NCBI GenBank assembly: GCA_040753135.1
Contig: JBFMGR010000004.1
Location: 1 to 54,022 of the forward strand
Source: Patescibacteria group bacterium
GTDB lineage: Bacteria > Patescibacteriota > Minisyncoccia > UBA6257 > Brennerbacteraceae
Direction: 5' to 3'
DNA length: 54,022 nt
Part shown: positions 10,404-18,418 of the stretch, in pieces
How positions within the stretch are numbered: position 1 is the first letter of the stretch
Layout of the letters: each line of letters begins with the position of its first letter
Position numbers and translations under genes: made by a program
Notes under the pieces: model-generated
What the model was told of the DNA's origin: nothing
What the model saw: the letters and a program-made list of their open reading frames with translations, nothing else
Databases searched by the model: none

Positions 10404-10515
10404 AAAATAAACTGCTTTATTTTACCCGCCATATTTTCAAAGAAAATACGGCACAGGATTTGTATTTTTTGCCCATTCCGCCGCACCCGCCGCAACCAAA
10501 CCGCAAAAGTAATAT

Positions 10516-11013
10516 TTACAGAAATGTCTGCTCAATCAAGTCAAATAAACTCAACTTGTGTTCTGATTGGGGCACGTATTCATTAATCAGCAACCGAAGC
10601 TCCTCTAATCTTTCTCTGGGAATTGGCAAACGAAGTTCTCTGTCTCGATGCCCAGGAAAGTGCAGAATAAAAAACCGATCTTTTTTAGTCGCGTAAGGCG
10701 CCACCCAGAACCGGTCTGACTCAATAAACCGATAAAGTTTGTCATTAACCCAAACCCCTGAATCAGTAATGATAAATTTGTAGTTTTTCGGCCGATAATC
10801 TAATAAAGAATAAATTAAAAACAAGCTGATAAGAATAATAAAAACAAACAGGTAATTAGAGTAATAAATCGCCCAGAAAACCAAAAAAAATCCAACCGCC
10901 AAAGCGCCGAACCAATAGTTTTTCAGTTTTTTAATATTTCTGAATTCAGGCGCTTTCCATTCGGCCAAAATTTTCTCCCCGTTATGAAGTTTTTGTGAAA
11001 CTTTTTTTATCAT
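10516..11013 (-). CDS. Hypothetical membrane protein (2 TM)
   Basis: Start trimmed to ATG 11013 (MIKKVSQKLHNGEKILAEWKAPEF..) because the longer track ORF overlaps tRNA-Ser(GCU). Two hydrophobic helices. Confidence 0.55.
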   Translation of the reverse strand: MIKKVSQKLHNGEKILAEWKAPEFRNIKKLKNYWFGALAVGFFLVFWAIYYSNYLFVFIILISLFLIYSLLDYRPKNYKFIITDSGVWVNDKLYRFIESDRFWVAPYATKKDRFFILHFPGHRDRELRLPIPRERLEELRLLINEYVPQSEHKLSLFDLIEQTFL

Positions 11014-11033
11014 AATGTTTTTTTCTTGGCTAG

Positions 11034-11120
11034 CGGAGGAGGTGGGATTCGAACCCACGCGAGCCTTTCGACTCAAGGGTTTAGCAAACCCTCGCAATGG
11101 ACCAACTATGCGACTCCTCC
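11034..11120 (-). tRNA. tRNA-Ser(GCU), type II, no encoded CCA
   Basis: Hand-folded: GGAGGAG acceptor, anticodon loop UUGCUAA, long variable arm, T-loop TTCGAAT. Confidence 0.9.
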
Positions 11121-11306
11121 CCGAAAATCTAACTTTATGTAAATGCTTCTCATTATGAGAATCAACAATTCTAAAATAATCGGGCACTTTTTCTTGACTC
11201 TCTATTCTAACATTTTTGCCGCTAGTGGCAAATCTTTTCGCAAAACTTTTAAAAATCTGTTAAAATAAACAAGCAGCCCATTGGCTGCTTGTTAAATTAA
11301 ACCAAG

Positions 11307-12869
11307 ATGACTGAAAAAAGTGCTGAAAACTTGATTCCGCGGCCCGCCAAAGGCGAGACTCGACCCAGTTTAATGGGGCGGCCGCCGGTAGTTGTCGTTA
11401 TGGGCCATGTTGACCATGGCAAGACTTCGCTTTTGGATTATATCCGTATTCATGGTGGTCAAAAAGCCGCCCGCCCAGTCGCGGGGCGGGAAGCTGGCGG
11501 AATCACTCAGCATGTCGGCGCTTACGAAATAGAACATTCTTTAACAAAGTCAAAACAAACCGCAAAGATCACTTTTATTGATACTCCGGGACACGAAGCG
11601 TTCTCTAAAATCAGAGAAAGAGGCGCCAAGGTTGCTGACATTGCTGTCTTGGTTATTGCCGCAGAAGAAAGCATTAAGCCCCAAACTAAAGAAGCCTTGT
11701 CTTATATTCAGAAAGAAAATCTGCCTTTTATTGTTGCGATTAGCAAGATTGATCTGCCCCAAGCCAATCCGGATAAAGTTAAACAAGATTTAGCTGAATT
11801 AGAAGTTTTTGTTGAAGACTGGGGCGGGAAAATCCCTTGCGTCCAAGTTTCAGCCAAAACCGGCCAGGGCATTGATGAATTGTTAGAAATGATTCTTCTG
11901 GTAGCTGAATTAGAAGACTTAAAAGCAAGCCCTGATGCCGAACCAGAAGGCGTGATCATTGAATCCTCGCTTGACCCTAATCGCGGTATTATTGCCACCG
12001 CAATTATTCTTAATGGCACCCTTGAACAAGGCAAAACCATTTATACTGCTTCGGCAGAGGCAAAGATAAAAAGCTTGGAAAACTTTCTTGGCCAAAGAGA
12101 AAAATCTTTAAGTTTTTCTTCGCCGGCAATTATCACCGGCTGGGACAATCAACCTAAAGTTGGAGAAAAATTTTCTGCTCGCCCCCTTGTTGCTCAAGCA
12201 ATTGAAAAAGAAACAAAATCCAGCGTTGATTCATCGCCAGAAACCGCGGTCGCAGATAAGACAAAAAACATTTTCTTGATTCTCAAAGCTGATGTCACCG
12301 GCTCTTTAGAGGCATTAGAAACGATAATCAGGCAGATTTTTCAAGAAACAAACTTTGCTCCAATAATCATAGAAAAATCAGTTGGGCCAATCACCTTAAC
12401 TGACATCAAAACCGCAGAAACAACCAAATCAATTATTGTTGGTTTTAGGTCCAGCCCGGATCAGGAACTGGGAAATTATTTAAAAGACAGGCAAATTGCT
12501 ATCTTCCAAAGCCAGATTATTTACGAGCTAATGGAAAAGCTAACTGAATACCTAGATGAATTGGCTAAACCGACTGAAGCAAAAATTTCTGGCAAACTAA
12601 AGATTTTGGAAATTTTTTCTGAAAAAGACAAAAAAAACCGGCAAGTAATCGGCGGCCAGCTTTTTGAAGGCAAAGCAAAGAAAAATCAAAAATTCTATTT
12701 AATCAAACCAGATCAGCCAGATCAAGAAAGAACCGAAGCCGGAAAAATCTTAAGCATCAAGAAAAACAAGCAGGAATTGGATTCAGCTGAAGCTGTGGTG
12801 GAGATTGGTTTACAAACCGAATCTCTGGCTGAATTTGCCAAGGGAGATATCTTAGAGTTTAAAGCTTAA
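11307..12869 (+). CDS. infB: Translation initiation factor IF-2 (short form)
   Basis: G domain [26 protein letters not shown]. 520 aa, lacks the long N-terminal domains. Confidence 0.9.
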   Translation: MTEKSAENLIPRPAKGETRPSLMGRPPVVVVMGHVDHGKTSLLDYIRIHGGQKAARPVAGREAGGITQHVGAYEIEHSLTKSKQTAKITFIDTPGHEAFSKIRERGAKVADIAVLVIAAEESIKPQTKEALSYIQKENLPFIVAISKIDLPQANPDKVKQDLAELEVFVEDWGGKIPCVQVSAKTGQGIDELLEMILLVAELEDLKASPDAEPEGVIIESSLDPNRGIIATAIILNGTLEQGKTIYTASAEAKIKSLENFLGQREKSLSFSSPAIITGWDNQPKVGEKFSARPLVAQAIEKETKSSVDSSPETAVADKTKNIFLILKADVTGSLEALETIIRQIFQETNFAPIIIEKSVGPITLTDIKTAETTKSIIVGFRSSPDQELGNYLKDRQIAIFQSQIIYELMEKLTEYLDELAKPTEAKISGKLKILEIFSEKDKKNRQVIGGQLFEGKAKKNQKFYLIKPDQPDQERTEAGKILSIKKNKQELDSAEAVVEIGLQTESLAEFAKGDILEFKA

Positions 12870-12892
12870 CCAAGTATTAAGTATTTGGGAGA

Positions 12893-13234
12893 ATGAAAAA
12901 CAGGGTTCCCAGATTAGAGGAGTTAATTCTTAGAGAGCTGGGCCAGATAATCCAGCGCGAATTTGAACACTCTTCAAAAGACTTCGTCTCTATTACTCGA
13001 GTCCATTTAGGCAAAGACTTAACCCGGGCTACCATTTTTGTTTCTGTTTTCCCGGAACAAGATCAAGAAGAGATTATTAAAAACTTAAATCAATCAAGCG
13101 GGTTTTTGGGCTCTTTTCTTTCTAAGCGAATGAGGGCCTATAACTTGCCCAAACTTTATTTCAAATACGACCCAAGCGTTTCCAATGAAGCCAAAGTTTA
13201 TGATTTAATTGAAAAAAATAAAGAGAAAAAGTAG
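12893..13234 (+). CDS. rbfA: Ribosome-binding factor A
   Basis: 113 aa, directly downstream of infB, RbfA-like KH fold sequence. Confidence 0.85.
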   Translation: MKNRVPRLEELILRELGQIIQREFEHSSKDFVSITRVHLGKDLTRATIFVSVFPEQDQEEIIKNLNQSSGFLGSFLSKRMRAYNLPKLYFKYDPSVSNEAKVYDLIEKNKEKK

Positions 13235-13245
13235 AATAAACCCAG

Positions 13246-13317
13246 GGCCTAGTGGCGAAGAGGTAACGCGACTGTCTGCAAAACAGTTATGCGCCGGTTC
13301 GAATCCGGCCTAGGCCT
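13246..13317 (+). tRNA. tRNA-Cys(GCA), no encoded CCA
   Basis: Hand-folded: GGCCTAG/CTAGGCC acceptor, loop CUGCAAA, U73 discriminator (a Cys identity element). Confidence 0.9.
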
Positions 13318-13353
13318 CAAAAATTAACTAACAACTTGCGGCTAAAAATTAAA

Positions 13354-13551
13354 ATGAAGTTTCCGCCAAAATCAAAAACAAAATATATTTTTGACAATGC
13401 TCAAGATAAAAGAATTTTTCAGAAACTGATGAAATTTTCCAAGAAAAAGTTAAACCGTGAACAAAAAGATCTAATCAAAATGATGTTTTCTCAGCTTGAA
13501 GATGATTGGAGGACGCCTCTTGAAAAATTTATTGATAAATTATTAAAATAA
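13354..13551 (+). CDS. Hypothetical 65-aa protein
   Basis: ATG 13354 (MKFPPKSK..) inside track ORF 13336..13551. No recognisable domain. Confidence 0.35.
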   Translation: MKFPPKSKTKYIFDNAQDKRIFQKLMKFSKKKLNREQKDLIKMMFSQLEDDWRTPLEKFIDKLLK

Positions 13552-13627
13552 TTCATTCGCTCGGGTGATAAAACTAAAGAAGATGCAAAACTGCCATTAG
13601 ATTAATGGGAAAACACATAAAAAAATA

Positions 13628-13656
13628 TTGACGATGTGTTTACCATTTATTACAAT
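13628..13656 (+). promoter_or_regulatory. Promoter TTGACG-17-TACAAT positioned for a leaderless HNH mRNA
   Basis: The -10 ends 7 nt before the A of ATG 13663. Confidence 0.5.
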
Positions 13657-13662
13657 CTATAT

Positions 13663-14145
13663 ATGGCAAAGGGACGTTCGTGGGAAGAAAAACAACTTCA
13701 GGAAGCAGTTAAAAAGAGTTTTAGTTATAGACAAACGCTGATTAAATTAGGGTTACGCCCCACGGGTGGAAATTATCACCAAATTAAAAAATATATCAAA
13801 GAATTAAAGGCAGATACCACACATTTCAAAGGAAAGGGATGGAATCTGGGACTTCGGGGTATCGGCAAGCCGCGAATTCCAACCAAAAAAATATTAGTCA
13901 AAAACAGTTCTTTTCAAACTTATAAAGTAAAACAGAGACTTTTCAAAGAAGGATTAAAACCTCAATACTGTGAAGAATGTGGTTGGGCCGAAAAAACACT
14001 TGATGGATATCTGCCGCTCGAACTTGACCATATTAACGGAGACAGAACCGATAACAGAATCAAAAATTTAAGAATCCTTTGCCCCAATTGTCATAGTTTG
14101 AAACCAACTTATAGAGCAAGAAAAAATAAAAAGAAACCTGGGTGA
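13663..14145 (+). CDS. HNH homing endonuclease
   Basis: C-terminal HNH motif CEECGW..LELDHINGDRTDNRIKNLRILCPNCH. ATG 13663 preferred over GTG 13636. The last two codons, GGG TGA, are tRNA-Leu nucleotides 1-6. Confidence 0.8.
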   Translation: MAKGRSWEEKQLQEAVKKSFSYRQTLIKLGLRPTGGNYHQIKKYIKELKADTTHFKGKGWNLGLRGIGKPRIPTKKILVKNSSFQTYKVKQRLFKEGLKPQYCEECGWAEKTLDGYLPLELDHINGDRTDNRIKNLRILCPNCHSLKPTYRARKNKKKPG

Positions 14146-14221
14146 GTGGCGGAATCGGTATACGCGCAGCACTTAAAATGCTGTGCCGCGAGGCTTGAGG
14201 GTTCGAGTCCCTCCTCACCCA
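14140..14221 (+). tRNA. tRNA-Leu(UAA), type II, no encoded CCA
   Basis: Hand-folded: GGGTGAG acceptor, D arm GTGGCGGAATCGGTATACGCGC like E. coli tRNA-Leu, loop CUUAAAA, variable arm GCC-GCGA-GGC. Confidence 0.9.
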
Positions 14222-14228
14222 CACCAAC

Positions 14229-14265
14229 AAACAGCCTCGGCTATTCAGCCGAGGCTGTTTGTTTT
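14229..14265 (+). terminator. Intrinsic terminator after tRNA-Leu
   Basis: 14-bp stem AAACAGCCTCGGCT / AGCCGAGGCTGTTT, loop ATTC, then TGTTTT. Confidence 0.7.
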
Positions 14266-14283
14266 AAGCGGCTTAAATTAAGA

Positions 14284-14713
14284 TTAAATCTGCCCTAGTT
14301 CTAGTTCATCTATCTCTTCAAAGAAGATTTCTGAATCAATTTTTCCCAAGGGAGTGATGGAAAAATGCTTTATTAGCAAACCCGAAGATTTAGCTAGTTT
14401 AATCTCTTGTTTCACACCTTCAGTAATCTGTCCAAAAACCCAAAGCTCGTCAGAAATTTTAACCAGGTCATTATTTGCCTCAATCAATCTCTGCCTTTCC
14501 ACACTGTCAAGTAAAAAATAAGAAAACATCATAAAAGCGCAAACCGGAGTAGCGCCTTGTTCTAGAATAAATCCCGTTAGAAGATCTCTGATTAAACTTA
14601 ATGTTCTTCATTTTTTAATCATCTTTTAACGGGATGAACTTAACAGTATGCTCCCGAAGATAAAAATTATCCCGAGCCATCGCGGCAAAGATAATTTTGT
14701 TTGATTTTGACAT
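14284..14713 (-). pseudogene. Small Rossmann-like protein (possibly DUF4406 / nucleoside deoxyribosyltransferase-like), interrupted
   Basis: Piece 1 starts at ATG 14713: MSKSNKIIFAAMARDNFYLREHTVKFI, then a stop. Piece 2 is track ORF 14284..14532 plus the upstream ..LEQGATPVCAF. The pieces are offset by one frame and separated by a 67-bp palindromic insert. Confidence 0.55.
14567..14633. mobile_element. About 67-bp MITE-like palindromic insertion with CCCGTTAGAAGAT / ATCTTTTAACGGG termini
   Basis: Inverted termini at 14573..14585 and 14621..14633. Removing 67 bp restores one frame: ..VKFILEQGATPV.. Confidence 0.55.
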
Positions 14714-14737
14714 AATTTAATAAAATTAAAGAAGGCC

Positions 14738-14766
14738 GTCCCGTCCTTTTTGCGAAAGGACGGGAC
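14738..14766 (-). terminator. 12-bp GC-rich stem-loop after the micropeptide ORF (putative terminator, weak U-tract)
   Basis: GTCCCGTCCTTT-ttgcg-AAAGGACGGGAC. Confidence 0.45.
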
Positions 14767-14772
14767 AAATTG

Positions 14773-14883
14773 TTATTCGCCGTCGCCCGGCTCGGGCGGC
14801 GGCATAGGGAGAGGATCCGGGGGTGCCGGTCCCGGATCCGGACCCAGTATTAAATAAAAACAACAGGTTTTTATTTTTTTCAT
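14773..14883 (-). CDS. 36-aa Pro-rich micropeptide MKKIKTCCFYLILGPDPGPAPPDPLPMPPPEPGDGE
   Basis: Below the track's length cutoff. SD GGAGGAAGAA precedes the ATG, and a stem-loop follows the TAA. The segment is GC-rich and could instead be a structured RNA. Confidence 0.4.
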   Translation of the reverse strand: MKKIKTCCFYLILGPDPGPAPPDPLPMPPPEPGDGE

Positions 14884-15021
14884 TTCTTCCTCCGCTGGTC
14901 CTTTAAAATTTACCCATCTCCTTCTCCTTTAAGAAGATGAGCAGAAGACCAGCGCTTAAATTAAAAAGATTTTTAATCTAAGCGCCAGTCCCCTATTTTT
15001 TAATTTAATTTTCAAAGAACT

Positions 15022-15052
15022 AAAAACCTCCCGGTTTGAGCTGGGAGGTTTT
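15022..15052. terminator. Bidirectional-looking terminator AAAACCTCCC..GGGAGGTTTT
   Basis: CCTCCC/GGGAGG stem flanked by A and T runs. Confidence 0.55.
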
Positions 15053-15075
15053 AAATTAATTTTATTAGAAATTAG

Positions 15076-15219
15076 TTAATTGGTAATTGGAAATTTTTCT
15101 AATAAACCCCCCAGCTTTTGAATAGTGACAAAAAGAATAATAGCCAAAATCACCATTCCCAAGTTAAGAAGGGCTAAATTTTGATTGTATTTATGCAGTT
15201 TTGCGGTTAAATAAAGCAT
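15076..15219 (-). CDS. 47-aa single-TM peptide MLYLTAKLHKYNQNLALLNLGMVILAIILFVTIQKLGGLLEKFPITN
   Basis: ATG to TAA ORF followed by the 15022..15052 terminator. No clear SD. Confidence 0.3.
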   Translation of the reverse strand: MLYLTAKLHKYNQNLALLNLGMVILAIILFVTIQKLGGLLEKFPITN

Positions 15220-15311
15220 TTTCTGCTATGAAATGAATTCTATCAAGAACTAAAAGATTGTCAACTATAGCTATAATTGTTAAACTCAAAGATAACAAAT
15301 CAACTCTAGTC

Positions 15312-15339
15312 TTGACAAAAAATTTTTATTCTTTATTAT
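15312..15339 (+). promoter_or_regulatory. Promoter TTGACA-16-TATTAT for pyrH (near-leaderless)
   Basis: The -10 ends 10 nt before ATG 15349. No SD. Confidence 0.45.
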
Positions 15340-15348
15340 TAAAAAACA

Positions 15349-16044
15349 ATGGTTAAGAACAAATTAGTAATTTCCCTTGGGGGCTCTCTTGTTGTTCCAA
15401 ATGGAATTGATATTGCTTTTTTAAAAAAATTCAATAGATTTATTCGCAAAAAACTGGCTGAAAATAAAAACAGCCAGTTTTTTATTGTTGTTGGCGGAGG
15501 TCAAATTGCCAGACATTATCGCGATGCGGGTAAAAAAGTTTTAAGCCACCGGCTAACTTATGATGATTTAGACTGGCTTGGGATTCATGCGACCAGGTTA
15601 AATGCTCACTTAATCAGAACGATTTTCCGAGATATTGCTCATCCTTATGTTTTAAAACATTATGAAATCATCAGAAAAGCCAAAGAAAAAGTTGTTGTCT
15701 GCGCTGGCTGGAAACCCGGTTGGTCAACTGATTACTGTGCTGTTTTGGTTTGCCAAGATTATGGCATCAAAACAATCCTGAATTTAACTAATATCTCCCA
15801 AGTCTATACTCAAGACCCCAAAAAGAGCTCAAAAGCAAAATCAATTAACAAAATCTCTTGGAAAGAATATAGAAAACTTATTGGCAATAAATGGACTCCG
15901 GGAATGAATCTGCCGTTTGACCCAGTTGCCAGCAAAGCCGCAGAAAAACAAAGGTTAAAAGTAGTAATTTTAAACGGCAGAGATTTTGCTAATTTAAATA
16001 AATACTTTAAAAACCAAAAGTTTCTCGGAACTGTTATCCAATAA
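15349..16044 (+). CDS. pyrH: UMP kinase, archaeal/short type (amino-acid kinase family)
   Basis: 231 aa, ISLGGSLV.. and FIVVGGGQIAR motifs of the amino-acid kinase fold. Confidence 0.75.
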   Translation: MVKNKLVISLGGSLVVPNGIDIAFLKKFNRFIRKKLAENKNSQFFIVVGGGQIARHYRDAGKKVLSHRLTYDDLDWLGIHATRLNAHLIRTIFRDIAHPYVLKHYEIIRKAKEKVVVCAGWKPGWSTDYCAVLVCQDYGIKTILNLTNISQVYTQDPKKSSKAKSINKISWKEYRKLIGNKWTPGMNLPFDPVASKAAEKQRLKVVILNGRDFANLNKYFKNQKFLGTVIQ

Positions 16045-16065
16045 CAAAACTGCTGACAGTTTTAA

Positions 16066-17349
16066 TTAAGCCGCTTGTCTTTTAATTTCTGCGCCAACCT
16101 GCCGCAAGCGCTTGTCAATTTTTTCAAAACCCCGGTCAATTACTTGAGCATCTGAAATTGTTGTTTCCCCTTCAGCCACCAAACCAGCAATAATTGCAGT
16201 CATCCCGGCCCGAATATCCAAACTTTTTAACTCCGCGCCCTGAAGCGGAGTTGGCCCGATAATCAAAGCCCGGTGCGGATCTAAAATTACTCCATTAGCG
16301 CCCATCTTTACCAATTCATTAATATAGCCCAATCGGCCTTCATACATCCATTCTTGAATCATTGACACGCCCTGAGCTTGGGTGGCCAGAACTGCCAAAG
16401 GAGGAATCTGGTCAGACATCAACTTCGGATATAAACCGCACTGATATTTAGCCGCTTGGTAAACCCGGGTTGGTTTTTTAATTGCCAAAAAATCTCTGCC
16501 CAGCTCAAAATTAACTCCAATTTCTTCAAGCTTTAATAAACCAGCATCAATAAAATCAGGATTGATATTTCTTAAGGCTATTTCTGAACGAGTTGCTCCG
16601 GCCAAAGCGGCCAGATTCATTGTCTCATCTGAATCAGGGATAAGCTGGTGTTCTAAATTAAAATTTAAGTCTTTACCAGCCAATCCTTGAATCCTTAAAA
16701 TATGACTGCCAATGCCTTGAATCTTTACGCCTAGTTTTCCCAGAAAAAAACACAGATCCTGAACATGGGGTTCAGTCGCGGCTAATTTAATTATGGTTTC
16801 GCCTCGAGCAAAAGCCGCGGCCATAATTAAATTTTCTGTCGCGGTAACCGAGATCTCTTTCAAAACAATTTTGGAACCAACCAAGCCTTTAGGAGCTGAA
16901 AGCTTAATTAAGCTATCTTCTTTTTCCAAAATCGCGCCGAGTTTAACAAAGCCGTCAAAATGCGCATCTAAAGGCCTGGCACCAATTAAATCGCCGCCAG
17001 GTAAAGGAATCTTTATCTTCCCAAACTTTGATAAAACTGGCCCAACTAATAAAATCGAGCCTCTTAATTTTCTAAATAACTCATTAGCTAGCTCAGATTC
17101 TTTTGGCTCAAAATTGCTATTATTGATCTTGATTTCGCGCTGATTCTCTTTAAGAACTATCTCCGCGCCCCAAAACTTTAAGATCTCAACTAAAGTTAAG
17201 GCGTCTTTGATAAAAGGCACATTTGTTAACTTAGTTGTTCCAGAATTTAAAACTGTTGCCGCCAGAATCGGCAAACAAGCATTTTTTGAACCCGAAACAA
17301 GAATCTCTCCTGATAAAGATTTGCCGCCTTTAATCTTAAAAATTTCCAT
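16066..17349 (-). CDS. murA: UDP-N-acetylglucosamine 1-carboxyvinyltransferase
   Basis: 427 aa, MurA/EPSP fold. Active-site loop reads LPGGDLIGARPLDAH (Asp at the E. coli Cys115 position). Confidence 0.93.
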   Translation of the reverse strand: MEIFKIKGGKSLSGEILVSGSKNACLPILAATVLNSGTTKLTNVPFIKDALTLVEILKFWGAEIVLKENQREIKINNSNFEPKESELANELFRKLRGSILLVGPVLSKFGKIKIPLPGGDLIGARPLDAHFDGFVKLGAILEKEDSLIKLSAPKGLVGSKIVLKEISVTATENLIMAAAFARGETIIKLAATEPHVQDLCFFLGKLGVKIQGIGSHILRIQGLAGKDLNFNLEHQLIPDSDETMNLAALAGATRSEIALRNINPDFIDAGLLKLEEIGVNFELGRDFLAIKKPTRVYQAAKYQCGLYPKLMSDQIPPLAVLATQAQGVSMIQEWMYEGRLGYINELVKMGANGVILDPHRALIIGPTPLQGAELKSLDIRAGMTAIIAGLVAEGETTISDAQVIDRGFEKIDKRLRQVGAEIKRQAA

Positions 17350-18399
17350 TTAACTTAATAAAAATTTATCCAGGAAGAAGATAATTAAACCCAAGCTGGC
17401 CATAATGCCGGAAACAATCCAAAACCGCATCGTAATCTGAGGTTCAAGCCAGCCCTTAGCCTCAAAATGATGATGAATCGGCGCCGAAATAAAAATCTTT
17501 TTCTTGAAAAACTTTTTTGAGCTTAATTGGATAATATCAGACAAAGATTCAACCACTAAAATAAAGCCGAAAAATGGTAAAAGGAAAGCGGTGTTGGTCA
17601 ATAAAGCAATAATCGCAATTGCCACTCCCAAAGACATTGCGCCGGTATCGCCCATAAAGAACCGAGCCGGATAAATATTAAACCACAAAAATGCCACTAA
17701 GCCGCCAATCAAACTGCCAACAAACATTGCTAATTCATATTTTTGATTAGCAAAAGCAACGATTGCCAGACAGGAGAGAGTAATTAAAGCCACTCCTTCT
17801 GCCAAACCATCCAAACCATTAGTCAGGTCAAGAGAAAAAGAAGTTGCCATCACTACTAAAATAAAAAAGGCCGCATAAGCCAAGACTCCGACTGCCACCT
17901 CGCCCAAAAACGGAACATACAAGCTGTCCCATTCTAATTTAGCGGCAAACCACCAGGCGCCGGCTAAAGCAACAAAAAAGAAAATCGCCAGTCTTTCTCT
18001 TAAAGAAAAACCGTTCTTGCCCCGGAACTTAACTATTCCAGCAATATCATCTGCGGCGCCAGCCAAAGCAGCCAAAACCATTCCTGCCAAAGGCAGATAA
18101 GTCTGGGGCCGGCTTAAAAAAGACAGCTGTCCCCAAAACCCGTCGAAAAAGAAAGAGAGCAGAAATAAAGCAAAGATAACAATTACTACGGTTCCCCAGA
18201 TAATTATTCCGGCCATTACTGGCGTGCCTTCTTTTGAAGCATGTAGTTGGCTGAAGATCGGCGCGTTTTCTTTGATAATTCTTTTTCGGCTGTTCAATCT
18301 TTTAATCAACTTCTCTACCGGAGAAACTAAAATCATGCCAACGCCAAAAGAAAACACGGCAATAACAATAAATCTTAAACCTTGAATAATTAATTCCAT
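17350..18399 (-). CDS. mraY: Phospho-N-acetylmuramoyl-pentapeptide transferase
   Basis: Multi-TM protein with motifs GAADDIAG, FMGDTGAMSLG and PIHHHFE. Confidence 0.93.
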   Translation of the reverse strand: MELIIQGLRFIVIAVFSFGVGMILVSPVEKLIKRLNSRKRIIKENAPIFSQLHASKEGTPVMAGIIIWGTVVIVIFALFLLSFFFDGFWGQLSFLSRPQTYLPLAGMVLAALAGAADDIAGIVKFRGKNGFSLRERLAIFFFVALAGAWWFAAKLEWDSLYVPFLGEVAVGVLAYAAFFILVVMATSFSLDLTNGLDGLAEGVALITLSCLAIVAFANQKYELAMFVGSLIGGLVAFLWFNIYPARFFMGDTGAMSLGVAIAIIALLTNTAFLLPFFGFILVVESLSDIIQLSSKKFFKKKIFISAPIHHHFEAKGWLEPQITMRFWIVSGIMASLGLIIFFLDKFLLS

Positions 18400-18418
18400 T
18401 TTAACTGATTACTTGAAT

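Noticed and set aside
9670-11187. Long forms of track ORFs 9670..10284 and 10516..11187, and ORF 10331..10696.
   Set aside because: Their 5' parts or whole length read through tRNA-Ser(UGA), tRNA-Arg(GCG) or tRNA-Ser(GCU). I trimmed them to internal ATGs (10143, 11013) or discarded them.
14567-14633. Programmed translational bypassing (T4 gene 60 / byp-like hop) across the 67-nt insert. Ile codons AUC and AUU flank the gap and a hairpin is present.
   Set aside because: The take-off codon is not followed directly by a stop (six more sense codons are read). No nascent-peptide signal is evident. The inverted termini recur elsewhere as a repeat family, so an insertion is the simpler explanation. 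I cannot fully exclude bypassing without expression data.
14773-14883. The Pro/Cys-rich micropeptide as a RiPP precursor.
   Set aside because: No cyclodehydratase, radical-SAM, lanthionine synthetase, peptidase or transporter genes lie nearby. The neighbours are a disrupted small gene and pyrH.
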